Of a stretch of 64,000 bases of DNA, positions 41,491 through 51,333 are shown piece by piece. The translations under genes and the position numbers were made by a program. Source of the stretch: an uncultured archaeon (GTDB taxonomy: Archaea > Asgardarchaeota > Lokiarchaeia > Sigyniarchaeales > SOKP01); the NCBI GenBank assembly GCA_964388035.1, contig CAYLZE010000004.1, positions 50,486-114,485 of the forward strand, given 5' to 3'. The notes under the pieces were generated by a model, which was given only the letters and a program-made list of their open reading frames with translations, was not told the DNA's origin and searched no databases. Positions within the stretch are counted from its first letter, which is position 1; each line of letters begins with the position of its first letter.

Positions 41491-42510
41491 GTGACACTTC
41501 AAGAAGAAAACTTGTTGGAATATACAGACGTATGGGTTTTTACCGAAATTAAAGATCACGTGGAAGTACACGAATGTGCGCTTGAAATATTAAGCAAAGC
41601 GAGAGAAATAGCAGATAAATTGGGTCAAAATTTGGTAGCGATTGTCCTAGCGTTGGAGGCAGAGCAATATTTAGAAACCATAAAAGATTATGGGGTGGAT
41701 AAAATCATTTATATTAGTCATCCCAGTTTAAAACATTATCATGAACGTATTTTTACTTCTCTAGTTCATAAATTGGTTCGAGAGCATAAACCATCCATTT
41801 TATTATTTCCCAGTACCGAAGCTGGAAATGCCCTAGCTTCTAGAGTCGCATACCGTTGCAGGACAGGATTAGTGAGTGATATTTTAAATTTAGAATTGAA
41901 TGATGAATTCGGCAAGAATTTGATTCTCACGGATAAACCCGCATATGCTGGGAATATCCACGTAAAAATAATTACTCCTCGCACCAGGCCACAAATGTGT
42001 ACCATAACGGCGGGTACCTTTAAAAAAAAGAAACTAAAAAAACCTCAGATTGAAATCATCGAGAAACCATATCATTTCGATGAAAAGAATATCAAAATTC
42101 AAATAATAGGGTCACCTACCAGAAAAGATAAACCTACAGCTACATTATCTGATGCAAAATTTGTCATAGGTGGAGGACAAGGGTTAGCAAAAAAGGAAAA
42201 TTTTGATACATTATTCGAGTTGGCAAAATTTACAAATGGAAGGGTGGGGGGAACGCGACGTCCTATTATAAATGGATGGATGCCCGAGCATCTTCAAATA
42301 GGAATAAGTGGAGAAACCATAAATAGCGATTTGTATCTCGCCCTTGGAATCTCTGGAGCAATTCAGCATGTTGTTGGGATTACCGAATCAAAAACGATTG
42401 TGGCTGTGAATAAGGACCCGAATTGTCCTTTATTTAAAGCTGCTGATTACTGCATCGTGGCAGATGCCAATGAGATTATCCAAGGATTATTAAAATACTA
42501 TAAAGTTTGA
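41491..42510 (+). CDS. etfA: Electron transfer flavoprotein alpha subunit
   Basis: RPQMCT, GGGQG, QIGISG, GISGAIQHVVG, VNKDPNCPLF; GTG 41491 after GGAGGG. Confidence 0.92.
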   Translation: MTLQEENLLEYTDVWVFTEIKDHVEVHECALEILSKAREIADKLGQNLVAIVLALEAEQYLETIKDYGVDKIIYISHPSLKHYHERIFTSLVHKLVREHKPSILLFPSTEAGNALASRVAYRCRTGLVSDILNLELNDEFGKNLILTDKPAYAGNIHVKIITPRTRPQMCTITAGTFKKKKLKKPQIEIIEKPYHFDEKNIKIQIIGSPTRKDKPTATLSDAKFVIGGGQGLAKKENFDTLFELAKFTNGRVGGTRRPIINGWMPEHLQIGISGETINSDLYLALGISGAIQHVVGITESKTIVAVNKDPNCPLFKAADYCIVADANEIIQGLLKYYKV

Positions 42511-42547
42511 TTTATTAGGTATAATTAACTTTTTCAAGTATCTTATT

Positions 42548-43312
42548 ATGAAAAAAGTAAGAATTATTCCCAGACTAGACGTCAAAGGACCTAACGTTAT
42601 CAAGGGGATTCACTTGGAATGTCTACGCGTTGTAGGTAAGCCCGGTGAATTTGCGGAAAAATATTATTTAAATGGAGCGGACGAATTGCTCTATATTGAT
42701 ATTGTCGCAAGTCTTTATCGCAGGGATAATCTTTTAAATATTGTACATGAAGCATCTGATAAAATATTCATTCCTTTCACGGTAGGTGGAGGGATAAGAA
42801 CCTTGGATGATATAAAGGAATTTCTTAAAGCAGGTGCTGATAAAGTGGCAATCAATACTGCAGCTACTTTGAATCCCGAATTAATTGCAAAAGCGGCCCG
42901 CATGTTTGGCTCCCAATGTATTGTATTATCCATTGAAGCAAAAAAGAAAGCGGAAGATAAATGGGAAGCTTATACGAATAATGGACGAGAACGTACGGGG
43001 TTAAATGTAATCGAATGGGCTCTAAAAGGGGAAGAGCTCGGTGCGGGGGAGATCTTATTAACCTCCGTCGATCAGGAAGGAACTAAAAAAGGATTTGATT
43101 GGGACTTAATTTCTCAAATCGTGGATGTAGTTTCGATACCGGTAATTGTTTCGGGAGGTGCTGGAAGTATAGAGGATATTATAGAATGCTTTAAAGAATG
43201 CAAGGCAGATTCAGTAGCAATTGCCTCAATTCTTCATTATAACATGACGGATATTCCAAAAATAAAAGATGAATTAAAAAAGAATAATATTCCCGTGAGG
43301 ATGACGTGGTAA
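42548..43312 (+). CDS. HisF-like cyclase-fold subunit of a sugar amidotransferase system (WbuZ/AglZ type)
   Basis: IIPRLDVKGPNVIKGIHLE, DIVASLY, GGGIR, TSVDQEGT; adjacent to an N-acetyl sugar amidotransferase. Confidence 0.85.
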   Translation: MKKVRIIPRLDVKGPNVIKGIHLECLRVVGKPGEFAEKYYLNGADELLYIDIVASLYRRDNLLNIVHEASDKIFIPFTVGGGIRTLDDIKEFLKAGADKVAINTAATLNPELIAKAARMFGSQCIVLSIEAKKKAEDKWEAYTNNGRERTGLNVIEWALKGEELGAGEILLTSVDQEGTKKGFDWDLISQIVDVVSIPVIVSGGAGSIEDIIECFKECKADSVAIASILHYNMTDIPKIKDELKKNNIPVRMTW

Positions 43313-43998
43313 TCATGAATGAACAATTACCGGATGTAAGTATCATTAATTATGGCATCAATAATTTGAAAAGCGTGAGCATGGCATTTAAGAAATTAGG
43401 GAAATCTTTCAAAATAATTGAATCACCCCAAGAAGTATTAGATGCTAAATGCTTGATATTGCCTGGAATTGGCGCGTATGGAGATGGAATGGAAGGCTTA
43501 CGATCCAGAGGATTGATTGAGCCTATTAGAAAACGAGTGGATGGGGGTATCCCCATGTTAGGAATCTGTTTGGGTATGCAACTTCTCTTTTCTGAAAGTG
43601 AAGAATTTGGCATTCATGCAGGATTAAACTTAATTCCAGGAAGAGTAATTCCTTTTAGACCACCTCAAGAAGTTGAGCTTGAGGGGTATAAAGTGCCTCA
43701 TATGGGATGGAATGACATTCAGGAACCGCATCAGAGCCATTCAGGAACCGCATCAGATAGGTGGGTAAATACGCTTTTAGAATCCACTCAAAGGGGTTCT
43801 GATGTTTTCTTTGTCCATTCTTTTTATCCCGTTCCAGAAGATGAAGAAAATATATTAGCAACCTCTGTTCATGGAAATCAGGAGTTTTGTGCCGTCGTAA
43901 AGAAAAAGAATGTGAGTGGCACTCAATTTCATCCTGAAAAGAGTGGAATAATTGGAATACAAATGTTAAAGAGTTTTTGTATATTGCATAACATATAG
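43306..43998 (+). CDS. HisH-like glutamine amidotransferase (WbuY/AglY type)
   Basis: LPGIG, GICLGMQ, PHMGWN, FVHSF, QFHPEKS. Confidence 0.88.
   Translation: MVIMNEQLPDVSIINYGINNLKSVSMAFKKLGKSFKIIESPQEVLDAKCLILPGIGAYGDGMEGLRSRGLIEPIRKRVDGGIPMLGICLGMQLLFSESEEFGIHAGLNLIPGRVIPFRPPQEVELEGYKVPHMGWNDIQEPHQSHSGTASDRWVNTLLESTQRGSDVFFVHSFYPVPEDEENILATSVHGNQEFCAVVKKKNVSGTQFHPEKSGIIGIQMLKSFCILHNI
43716..43757. repeat. 20-bp exact direct repeat (22-bp period) inside the hisH-like gene
   Basis: CATTCAGGAACCGCATCAGA at 43716-43735 and 43738-43757. Confidence 0.9.
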
Positions 43999-44024
43999 AA
44001 AAATAATTTTGGGATACTTGTATA

Positions 44025-45314
44025 ATGGTTAGCCGAAAAATACTAGATCGTCAAATTCCTGAGTTACCCAAAGAGATCAAGTTTTGTAAGCGGTGCGTGA
44101 TATCCAATCAACGACCAAGGATTTACTGGACCAAGGATGGGATTTGTGGAGCGTGCAACTTTGCTGATATTAAGAATCATGAGATCGATTGGGATGAACG
44201 AGAGCAAATGCTTTCCAACTTGTGTGATGAATATCGCCGAAACGATGGGAGATATGATGTAATCATTCCGGTGAGTGGAGGGAAAGATAGTGCTCGAGTA
44301 GCTTATACCTTGAAATACAAGTTTGGGATGCACCCGTTAACGATTACCTGGGCTCCCTTCGAGTACACCCCTGTTGGATATAGGAATTTTAGGAATTTCA
44401 TTAAAGTGGGAAAATTTAATAACCTCATGGCGTGGCCAAATGGGTACTTGCATCGAAAATTATCCCGAATCTCTTTTGAAGCAGTGGGAGATGCTTGGCA
44501 ACCTTTTGCATATGGACAAGTATGTTATGCATTCCATATTGCTAAAGCATTTGATATTAAACTCGTTTTCTTCGGGGAAAATGGGGAAGCAGAATATTCA
44601 GGAGATCCTCGCGTGTTTAATTTGCGGGGCATGCCCTTTGAAATGTGGGCAGAACAGTATTTTAAAGGTATCACTGTTGATGATCTGATCCAGTACGGAT
44701 TAGAAGAAACCGATTATTTCACGGAAAAAGATTATGATGAAAGTGATCTTCAGTTCTACAAGCCACCTAATATTGATCAAATGAAAGATATGGGAATACA
44801 ATTCCATTGGTTTTCTTTCTACCATAAATGGATTCCTCAAGAAAATTACTATCTTGCTTCCGAACATACTGGTTTTGAAGCGAATCCTGAAGGCAGGTCA
44901 GAAGGGACTTACTCGAAATATGCAAGTCTAGATGATCAAACGGATGGATATCATTTTTATTTAGCCTTTATAAAATTTGGCATTGCAAGGTGTACTTCTG
45001 ATGCGGCTCACGAGATTCGAGATGGTCATATCACCCGCGAAGAAGGCGTGTCGTTAGTGAAGCGGTATGATGGTGAGTTTCCTACAAGGTGGTGGAAAGA
45101 ATTTTTAGAATATACGGACATTACCGCCGATGAGTTTTGGAGAATTGTGGATAAGTTTCGAAATCCAAACATTTGGGAGAAAGAAGGAGATATTTGGAAA
45201 CTGAAAAAGGCAGTCTATGATGAGGGAGATTATGCCTTGGATGAGATTAAACCCGCTTACATCTCCAGTCTGCCTCAACACTATTTTGATTACCAGAAAA
45301 AGTTAAAATCTTAA
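44025..45314 (+). CDS. N-acetyl sugar amidotransferase (WbuX/PseA/AglX family, PP-loop)
   Basis: CKRC...CGAC zinc motif, SGGKDS, FGENG, YSKYASLDD, KFGIAR, EIRDGHITREE. Confidence 0.9.
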   Translation: MVSRKILDRQIPELPKEIKFCKRCVISNQRPRIYWTKDGICGACNFADIKNHEIDWDEREQMLSNLCDEYRRNDGRYDVIIPVSGGKDSARVAYTLKYKFGMHPLTITWAPFEYTPVGYRNFRNFIKVGKFNNLMAWPNGYLHRKLSRISFEAVGDAWQPFAYGQVCYAFHIAKAFDIKLVFFGENGEAEYSGDPRVFNLRGMPFEMWAEQYFKGITVDDLIQYGLEETDYFTEKDYDESDLQFYKPPNIDQMKDMGIQFHWFSFYHKWIPQENYYLASEHTGFEANPEGRSEGTYSKYASLDDQTDGYHFYLAFIKFGIARCTSDAAHEIRDGHITREEGVSLVKRYDGEFPTRWWKEFLEYTDITADEFWRIVDKFRNPNIWEKEGDIWKLKKAVYDEGDYALDEIKPAYISSLPQHYFDYQKKLKS

Positions 45315-45350
45315 GCATTTTCATCTTTTCACTTTATTCTTCTTTATTTT

Positions 45351-47099
45351 TCATAAAGCAACAGGGGTAATTCCTAAATAATTAGCAATTACCCGGCGAA
45401 TGTAATCCCAGATAAATAAAAAGCCATTTTGCGGAAGGGATATGGTACATAAAAAAGTAACAACAAGAAGTGTGTTTAAAACTACTCCGGATAAGATGTT
45501 TCCCGTTTTTTGGTAAAGAACAGCAGAAAGAAAAGAGGTTAGCAAAATTATTGGGATTCCAATAGGAATATAGGTACCAAAATAATAATATCGTCCTAAA
45601 TGAACACAAAAGCTCAAAATGTAAGTGAAATAATAGAAGAATTGATATCCAAACGAAACTAATGCCATTTTCATTAGACTTTTTCGGTTAATCTTGAATC
45701 TGGAGTGAATTATTAACCGAAACATTATATCATATACCAAAAAGATGAAAAACCCGATAATGGCATAAATAGGTAGATAAATGAGTTTATCAACAGAAGG
45801 TAGCAGTCCTAAATAGTTCATTCCTATGGATAAACATAGAATTACATAGAGTATACTACAAAGAAAAATACCCATCAAGATTTGAGATAAAATATGAGGT
45901 ATTTTATCTTTAAAAGGTTGCTTTAGCATGTTCCAATAACTCGAGTTATTTCTCTTTCCTATCCTCCATAATAGCATGGAAAGACCAAATACTTGCCCCA
46001 AAAATAATACCAAAATAAATCCCGCAACCGCTAAGGGTAAGAACAAAATGATGGGAGAAAATAATACGATCCCGGGAAAACTGAACACTACGGTATAAGT
46101 AAGGATCCGAATGGGAATTCCTTTAAATGTCAAGGGATGAACCGATATTTTTTTTCTTTCTTCTTCCTTTTTGAAACGGAGCAGGCCGGTTAGGAAAGGA
46201 ATTATAGAAAAGAAAAAACCTAAGCCCCCGATGAGCTGAACAATGAAAATTAATGATCTTAAATTAGCATAGAAGTTAGAATCTACTGCTCTTATTTGGG
46301 GAAAAGAATTAATAATCCACATTTTTGCAACTCGAATGAAGTCGGGATCCCACACCCCCGTCAAATGATTGCTGTTATCATCCAAATAAATCATAGAAGC
46401 TGTTCCTTCATCAAAACAGCCATACAATTTGTTCACATCAATATCTGGATTGCCAACTTTCAATCTCGCTGCCATTCCTGATCTAATATCAATTAAGTAG
46501 GTGGTTTGATCAAATTTGGGCTGAATGATTAGGAGATTCAGGAACCGGGAATTCACGGGTATCACATCTCCCGGTAAATAGGAAAGTCCTGTTGCCATCC
46601 CTACATATGTTTTAAAATCCAAATCCGTTTTAATATAAGCATATCCAATATGACCACCCATTCCATAACCAATGTATCCAAAATTATGTGGATCGATGTC
46701 CGATCTTACTTGAAGCAAATAATTCTTGACTAGAGAAATATCATTGATCCAGGTGGGAATATCCACGGGAGAGGAGCTCTCGCCCAATCCCCTAAAGTCC
46801 ATGCAAACCGCGATAAATCCTGCTGTAGCTAGTTCAATGGCTAAATCTCGCATAGATTCCTTGTTTTGCCACGAGTCATGCCCTATAATAATTACTTTTT
46901 TCAATAGAACCCCATTCTTTTCTCGATATAAATCTTCATCAGGAGAGATGATATCGATACACACATACCCCTTGGTACTTGCTTGGATGGAAATATTAGA
47001 TGAGATTTGGATGCTTGGAGGAGTAGTAATCATTAAAAAAGTACCTATAATAAACATACTCAGAAGAATGCCGCTTAAAAGATACCTCCTATGATTCAT
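45351..47099 (-). CDS. Alpha/beta-hydrolase-fold protein fused to a multi-TM domain; nucleophile Ser absent
   Basis: DFRGLGES, GYGMGG, NH; about 8 C-terminal TM segments; paralogue of 52189-53907. Confidence 0.8.
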   Translation of the reverse strand: MNHRRYLLSGILLSMFIIGTFLMITTPPSIQISSNISIQASTKGYVCIDIISPDEDLYREKNGVLLKKVIIIGHDSWQNKESMRDLAIELATAGFIAVCMDFRGLGESSSPVDIPTWINDISLVKNYLLQVRSDIDPHNFGYIGYGMGGHIGYAYIKTDLDFKTYVGMATGLSYLPGDVIPVNSRFLNLLIIQPKFDQTTYLIDIRSGMAARLKVGNPDIDVNKLYGCFDEGTASMIYLDDNSNHLTGVWDPDFIRVAKMWIINSFPQIRAVDSNFYANLRSLIFIVQLIGGLGFFFSIIPFLTGLLRFKKEEERKKISVHPLTFKGIPIRILTYTVVFSFPGIVLFSPIILFLPLAVAGFILVLFLGQVFGLSMLLWRIGKRNNSSYWNMLKQPFKDKIPHILSQILMGIFLCSILYVILCLSIGMNYLGLLPSVDKLIYLPIYAIIGFFIFLVYDIMFRLIIHSRFKINRKSLMKMALVSFGYQFFYYFTYILSFCVHLGRYYYFGTYIPIGIPIILLTSFLSAVLYQKTGNILSGVVLNTLLVVTFLCTISLPQNGFLFIWDYIRRVIANYLGITPVAL

Positions 47100-47238
47100 T
47101 TAAAAGTCTTTTAATCCTTAATTATCTCGAAAATAATGAAGTTATTGAGAGTATAAATTAAAAGTTGCTTTAATAGGTTGGTAAGGGATAAAAGCGGGTT
47201 AGGTTGAAATAAGAACTGATAATGAAAAAGGAAAAAAA

Positions 47239-48609
47239 TTAGGTAGAATAATCATTAAATTTAGGAATTAAACCGTTCTTCATCAAGATCTTGTATTGGG
47301 ATTGAGCGTGATTTATAATTTTCCCCGCTTGTTCTGTCAATTCAGTTTCCGAAAATTTGATCCTTGCAATCCCTTGTTGTATTGCAGTAGTACCCACAGC
47401 TACAGCTTCTTTAATGAAGATATTTTCATATTCCATTGTTGGAATGATACAATCTTCGGTCAAGCATCCAGGTATCTCTTCAACAACACCGGCAAGAGCA
47501 TGGGCTGCGGCAATACACATCTCATCCGTTATAGTAGAAGCTCTAACATCCAAGGTGCCCCTAAAGATTCCGGGGAACCCTAAAGAATTATTAACCTGAT
47601 TAGGAAAATCTGAGCGCCCAGTTGCTACAATCCTTGCACCTGCTTCTTTAGCATCCCAAGGAAATATTTCCGGAACAGGATTTGCACACGCAAACACGAT
47701 AGCATCATCTGCCATCCTTGAAACCCATTCCTTTTTAATGACTCCCGGTCCAGGAACGCTTAAAGAGATTAAAACATCGGCCTCTTCCAAAGCAACCCCA
47801 CAATCTCCTACAATCTCACCGGGATTGCTCATCCGAGACAATTCGCTCTTGTAATTTTCTGAAGAAATAAGATCTGATCGATTCTTGTATAAAATACCTT
47901 TTGAATCAACAAATAAGGCTTTTCTAAGATCAAATCCATCTTCCTTCAATAATCGCGCAATTGCGTAATTAGATGCTCCTATACCATTGAATACAATCTT
48001 AATTTCGGCCTTTTTCTTTTCCACAATTTTTAAAGAATTCATGAGGGCTGCTAAGGTGACGCAAGCTGTTCCTTGCTGATCATCATGCCAAACAGGAATG
48101 GTTAATTCCGGGTCATTTCGCAATGTATCTAACACCGTAAAGCATTTGGGAGAACTGATATCCTCTAAATTAATCCCTCCAAACGTTGGTTGAACCATTT
48201 TTACGAAGTTAATAATTTGTTCAGCATCACACCATTCACCATAACCAATGCTCAAGGGAAAAGCATCCACGCCCCCTAAATATTTGAAAAGTAGAGTTTT
48301 TCCTTCCATCACGGGAAGAGAGGCCTCAGGGCCAATATTTCCCAAACCTAATACCCGAGAGCCATCCGAAACCACTGCCACGTAGTTCCATTTGCTGGTG
48401 TAATCATACACCTTATCTTTATTTTTATATATTTCTGTACTAGGGACAGCGACGCCGGGAGAATACCAGATTCCAAAGTCATTAAAATCCTTTATTTGAC
48501 ATTTTGGCATGACTTGCATCTTTCCCTTGTAGAAGTAATGCATTTTTAACGCATTCATTCCCGGGATTTTTGATCTTCTAAGTAATTCTTCCTTTGTTAT
48601 TTTTTCCAT
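47239..48609 (-). CDS. NAD(P)-dependent malic enzyme
   Basis: YSPGVA, DGSRVLGLGNIG, PVMEGK, INLEDI, HDDQQGT, ANPVPEI, TGRSDFPNQVNN. Confidence 0.93.
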   Translation of the reverse strand: MEKITKEELLRRSKIPGMNALKMHYFYKGKMQVMPKCQIKDFNDFGIWYSPGVAVPSTEIYKNKDKVYDYTSKWNYVAVVSDGSRVLGLGNIGPEASLPVMEGKTLLFKYLGGVDAFPLSIGYGEWCDAEQIINFVKMVQPTFGGINLEDISSPKCFTVLDTLRNDPELTIPVWHDDQQGTACVTLAALMNSLKIVEKKKAEIKIVFNGIGASNYAIARLLKEDGFDLRKALFVDSKGILYKNRSDLISSENYKSELSRMSNPGEIVGDCGVALEEADVLISLSVPGPGVIKKEWVSRMADDAIVFACANPVPEIFPWDAKEAGARIVATGRSDFPNQVNNSLGFPGIFRGTLDVRASTITDEMCIAAAHALAGVVEEIPGCLTEDCIIPTMEYENIFIKEAVAVGTTAIQQGIARIKFSETELTEQAGKIINHAQSQYKILMKNGLIPKFNDYST

Positions 48610-48707
48610 GATTAATTAACTCTTTTAAAATACAACTTTTATCTAGTATATACTACCTAACTACCTCAAAAAAAGTCTTTTTGGTTATAAATAAAATGAA
48701 AATAGGA

Positions 48708-50348
48708 TTAGGATTTTATATTCTTTAAAACTTCCCCTTTTCTCTCACCAGTGTGATTTCCCTGTTCTACTGTCAAGACACCATTCACGATGACATGCTC
48801 TATCCCCTCTGGATACTGCCTTCCATTTTGCAACGTTCCTTTTTCCTTAATTTTATCGGCATCAAAGATAGTTATGTCCGCTTTATATCCCTCTTTTAAT
48901 AAGCCTCTATCGGGTAGCCTTAAAATGGTAGCCGGTAAAGAAGTCATTTTTCTAATTGCTTCTTCTAAAGAAACAATCTGCATTTCCCGCACCCATCTTT
49001 GTAACACTCTTGCGAAAGCGCCATATGAACGAGGGTGAGTATTTTTCTCCATTTCTAAAAACCCATCTGAACTGGGACAGACGAATTCTTGCTTAAATAT
49101 GGGAATGACGCTCTTTACTTCATCTTTATGTTGTACTCGTATCATTATTCCTCCTTCTTCTTCTTTAATGAGATCCAAAAGACCATCCTCTAAATTTTTC
49201 TCAGGATATAGTTCTTTTAGCGCATCAAATATGGATTTTCCTTCAATTTGCGTGTTTTTAGTCACACTTATTATGCCTGTTGTTTTCGCCAATCCCTTGA
49301 ATATCATTTTTTTTAAAATGCCTTTTGGAATCAATTTGATATAAAAAGGTGCATCTGCTAAAAACATGGAATAGAGTTTTTGAAATACTTCAGAAATTAT
49401 TTTCTTTCTCAACTCAGGATCAGATAAGTTTTTCTCAAAATCTTGAAATACCCAAGTTGGCAATAAAATAAAGGAGAGGCTGGTTGAACCATCATCATAT
49501 ACCGTGGTATCGGCTGTGATTTGAAGCCCTTCTTCTTGAGCGGACTTAATATAATTTATTACTTTTGGGGTTAACTTATATGCATATTTACTAATAACAC
49601 TCCAATGGGAAATATGAGCCCTCACATTAGCTTCTCTGGCAATTCTCACTAATTCGCTCATTCCTATATCAATGACCCCAGCACCTTCATTACGCATGTG
49701 AGAGTCGTATATTCCATCATACTTACTAATTACCTTAGATAATTCAATCAATTCTTCTGTTGAAGTAATCGAACCAGGAGGATATACCAATCCAGTGGAC
49801 ATTCCAAATGCACCTGCTTCCATGTTTATTTTAACAATTTCTTTCATGGCATCCAGTTCTTCTTGCGTTGCAGAACGCTCATCAGAACCTAAAATGCACG
49901 CTCTTACATTGCCTTGAGGAATGAAAAAAGCTAAATTGATTGAAACTCCTCCTTCTCTTTCAATGGTGTTAAAGTAATCGGGGAGATTTTCGAAATTATA
50001 GCCCGTGGAAATGAATGCTTTATTAAGAAAATCAAAATAATGTTCTTTTACCTTCTCATTCGCAGGACAAATTCCAAGCCCACACATTCCAATAACCAGA
50101 GTCGTGCATCCTTGCATTATATAAGGCTCGACTTTTAATGACTGAAACAAGGTAAGATCGGAATGATTATGCATGTCTATAAACCCGGGAGCAACTATTT
50201 TATCGGTAGCATCGAGAACCTTGGCTTCGAGTGCTGATAAATCCTTACCAATTGCTTTTATTTTATCCCCTTCGATGAGAAGATCGGCTTTATATTTAGG
50301 ATTGCCCGTTCCATCAACAATTAAACCATTTTTTATTATTATTCCCAT
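48708..50348 (-). CDS. N-acyl-D-amino-acid deacylase (D-aminoacylase) family amidohydrolase
   Basis: PGFIDMHNHSD, GMCG, STGLVYPPG, SHMRNE, SSDG, HPRSYGAF. Confidence 0.9.
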   Translation of the reverse strand: MGIIIKNGLIVDGTGNPKYKADLLIEGDKIKAIGKDLSALEAKVLDATDKIVAPGFIDMHNHSDLTLFQSLKVEPYIMQGCTTLVIGMCGLGICPANEKVKEHYFDFLNKAFISTGYNFENLPDYFNTIEREGGVSINLAFFIPQGNVRACILGSDERSATQEELDAMKEIVKINMEAGAFGMSTGLVYPPGSITSTEELIELSKVISKYDGIYDSHMRNEGAGVIDIGMSELVRIAREANVRAHISHWSVISKYAYKLTPKVINYIKSAQEEGLQITADTTVYDDGSTSLSFILLPTWVFQDFEKNLSDPELRKKIISEVFQKLYSMFLADAPFYIKLIPKGILKKMIFKGLAKTTGIISVTKNTQIEGKSIFDALKELYPEKNLEDGLLDLIKEEEGGIMIRVQHKDEVKSVIPIFKQEFVCPSSDGFLEMEKNTHPRSYGAFARVLQRWVREMQIVSLEEAIRKMTSLPATILRLPDRGLLKEGYKADITIFDADKIKEKGTLQNGRQYPEGIEHVIVNGVLTVEQGNHTGERKGEVLKNIKS

Positions 50349-50667
50349 TTATCTACTCCCCAATTTAGCATGATTAACTTTTCAAGTACTGATAAAGATA
50401 AATGTTTAGCAATTATAATATTTTATAATTGTTTAATAAAAACGATGAATTCATTCAAAAATCATACGGAATAAGTGATCAATTTCTAAAGTAGACAACA
50501 GTCAAAATAATTTTTTAATATTACGTGAAAATCTAAAAACAAAAGCACACAATAATTCTAAAATTCTATTCATTTCTAAAAGAATCCTATACTTTTAGAA
50601 AATACTTATTTACATGGCTCTTTTTTATAGAAAAAAAATCATAAAATAAACATTTTAATTAGCTAAT

Positions 50668-51045
50668 TTATTCAATCGCGGCTCGAGCTCTTTCTAAATT
50701 GTCAACCCCTATTACAATTCGATTATTTTCAGCAAAATAAATTAAATCTATATTAACTCCGGCATCACTTATTTTACGAATTAACTTTCCTCCCGTACCT
50801 GGTTGTCCTACAATATGGCCAATGTCCAAGACTATTACATCTCTTATAGCACGAACTTCAAAACCGGCAGATTCAAGAACATAACGTGTCGTAGTTTCTT
50901 CTTCAACCAGAATGTGAACAATATCTTCGTCCTTAAAAGGCATTTCACATACACCTTCCATGTTGATGCCATTCGCACCCAAAATTTCTCCCAAATCGGC
51001 CAACATTCCTGGCTTATTTTTTAAAGCCACTGTAATATCTTTCAT
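50668..51045 (-). CDS. Tandem ACT-domain protein
   Basis: NKPGMLA...GINMEG and QPGTGG...GVNIDLIY; ATG 51045 after AGAGGA. Confidence 0.85.
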   Translation of the reverse strand: MKDITVALKNKPGMLADLGEILGANGINMEGVCEMPFKDEDIVHILVEEETTTRYVLESAGFEVRAIRDVIVLDIGHIVGQPGTGGKLIRKISDAGVNIDLIYFAENNRIVIGVDNLERARAAIE

Positions 51046-51118
51046 TTTTTTTCCTCTACTATTAAAAAATTTCAATTATGTCTGACAATGAAATGAATTA
51101 TTGTTCTGAAAATTAAAT

Positions 51119-51152
51119 ATGACGGTTAAGATCTGTAAAAATTAACGGTCAT
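51119..51152. promoter_or_regulatory. Imperfect inverted repeat (possible operator or hairpin) upstream of the ACT gene
   Basis: ATGACGGTTAA-N12-TTAACGGTCAT, 10 of 11 positions complementary. Confidence 0.35.
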
Positions 51153-51333
51153 GAATGATTTGAATTTAGATTTTTGAAATGATTTTGTTCAGAATTATTA
51201 TTATATATATAGATTTCTATATACGCTCCATTTTTATCAAATAATAGCTAAATTTATCACTATATAATATAGATATTGTATTTAATTATCGCTTAGGACA
51301 GGAATGACTTTATTTATGAAGAGTATTTTCCTG

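Noticed and set aside
42548-43998. Histidine biosynthesis hisF/hisH
   Set aside because: No other his genes nearby, and linkage to the WbuX-type amidotransferase indicates the glycan-modification paralogues; gene symbols withheld
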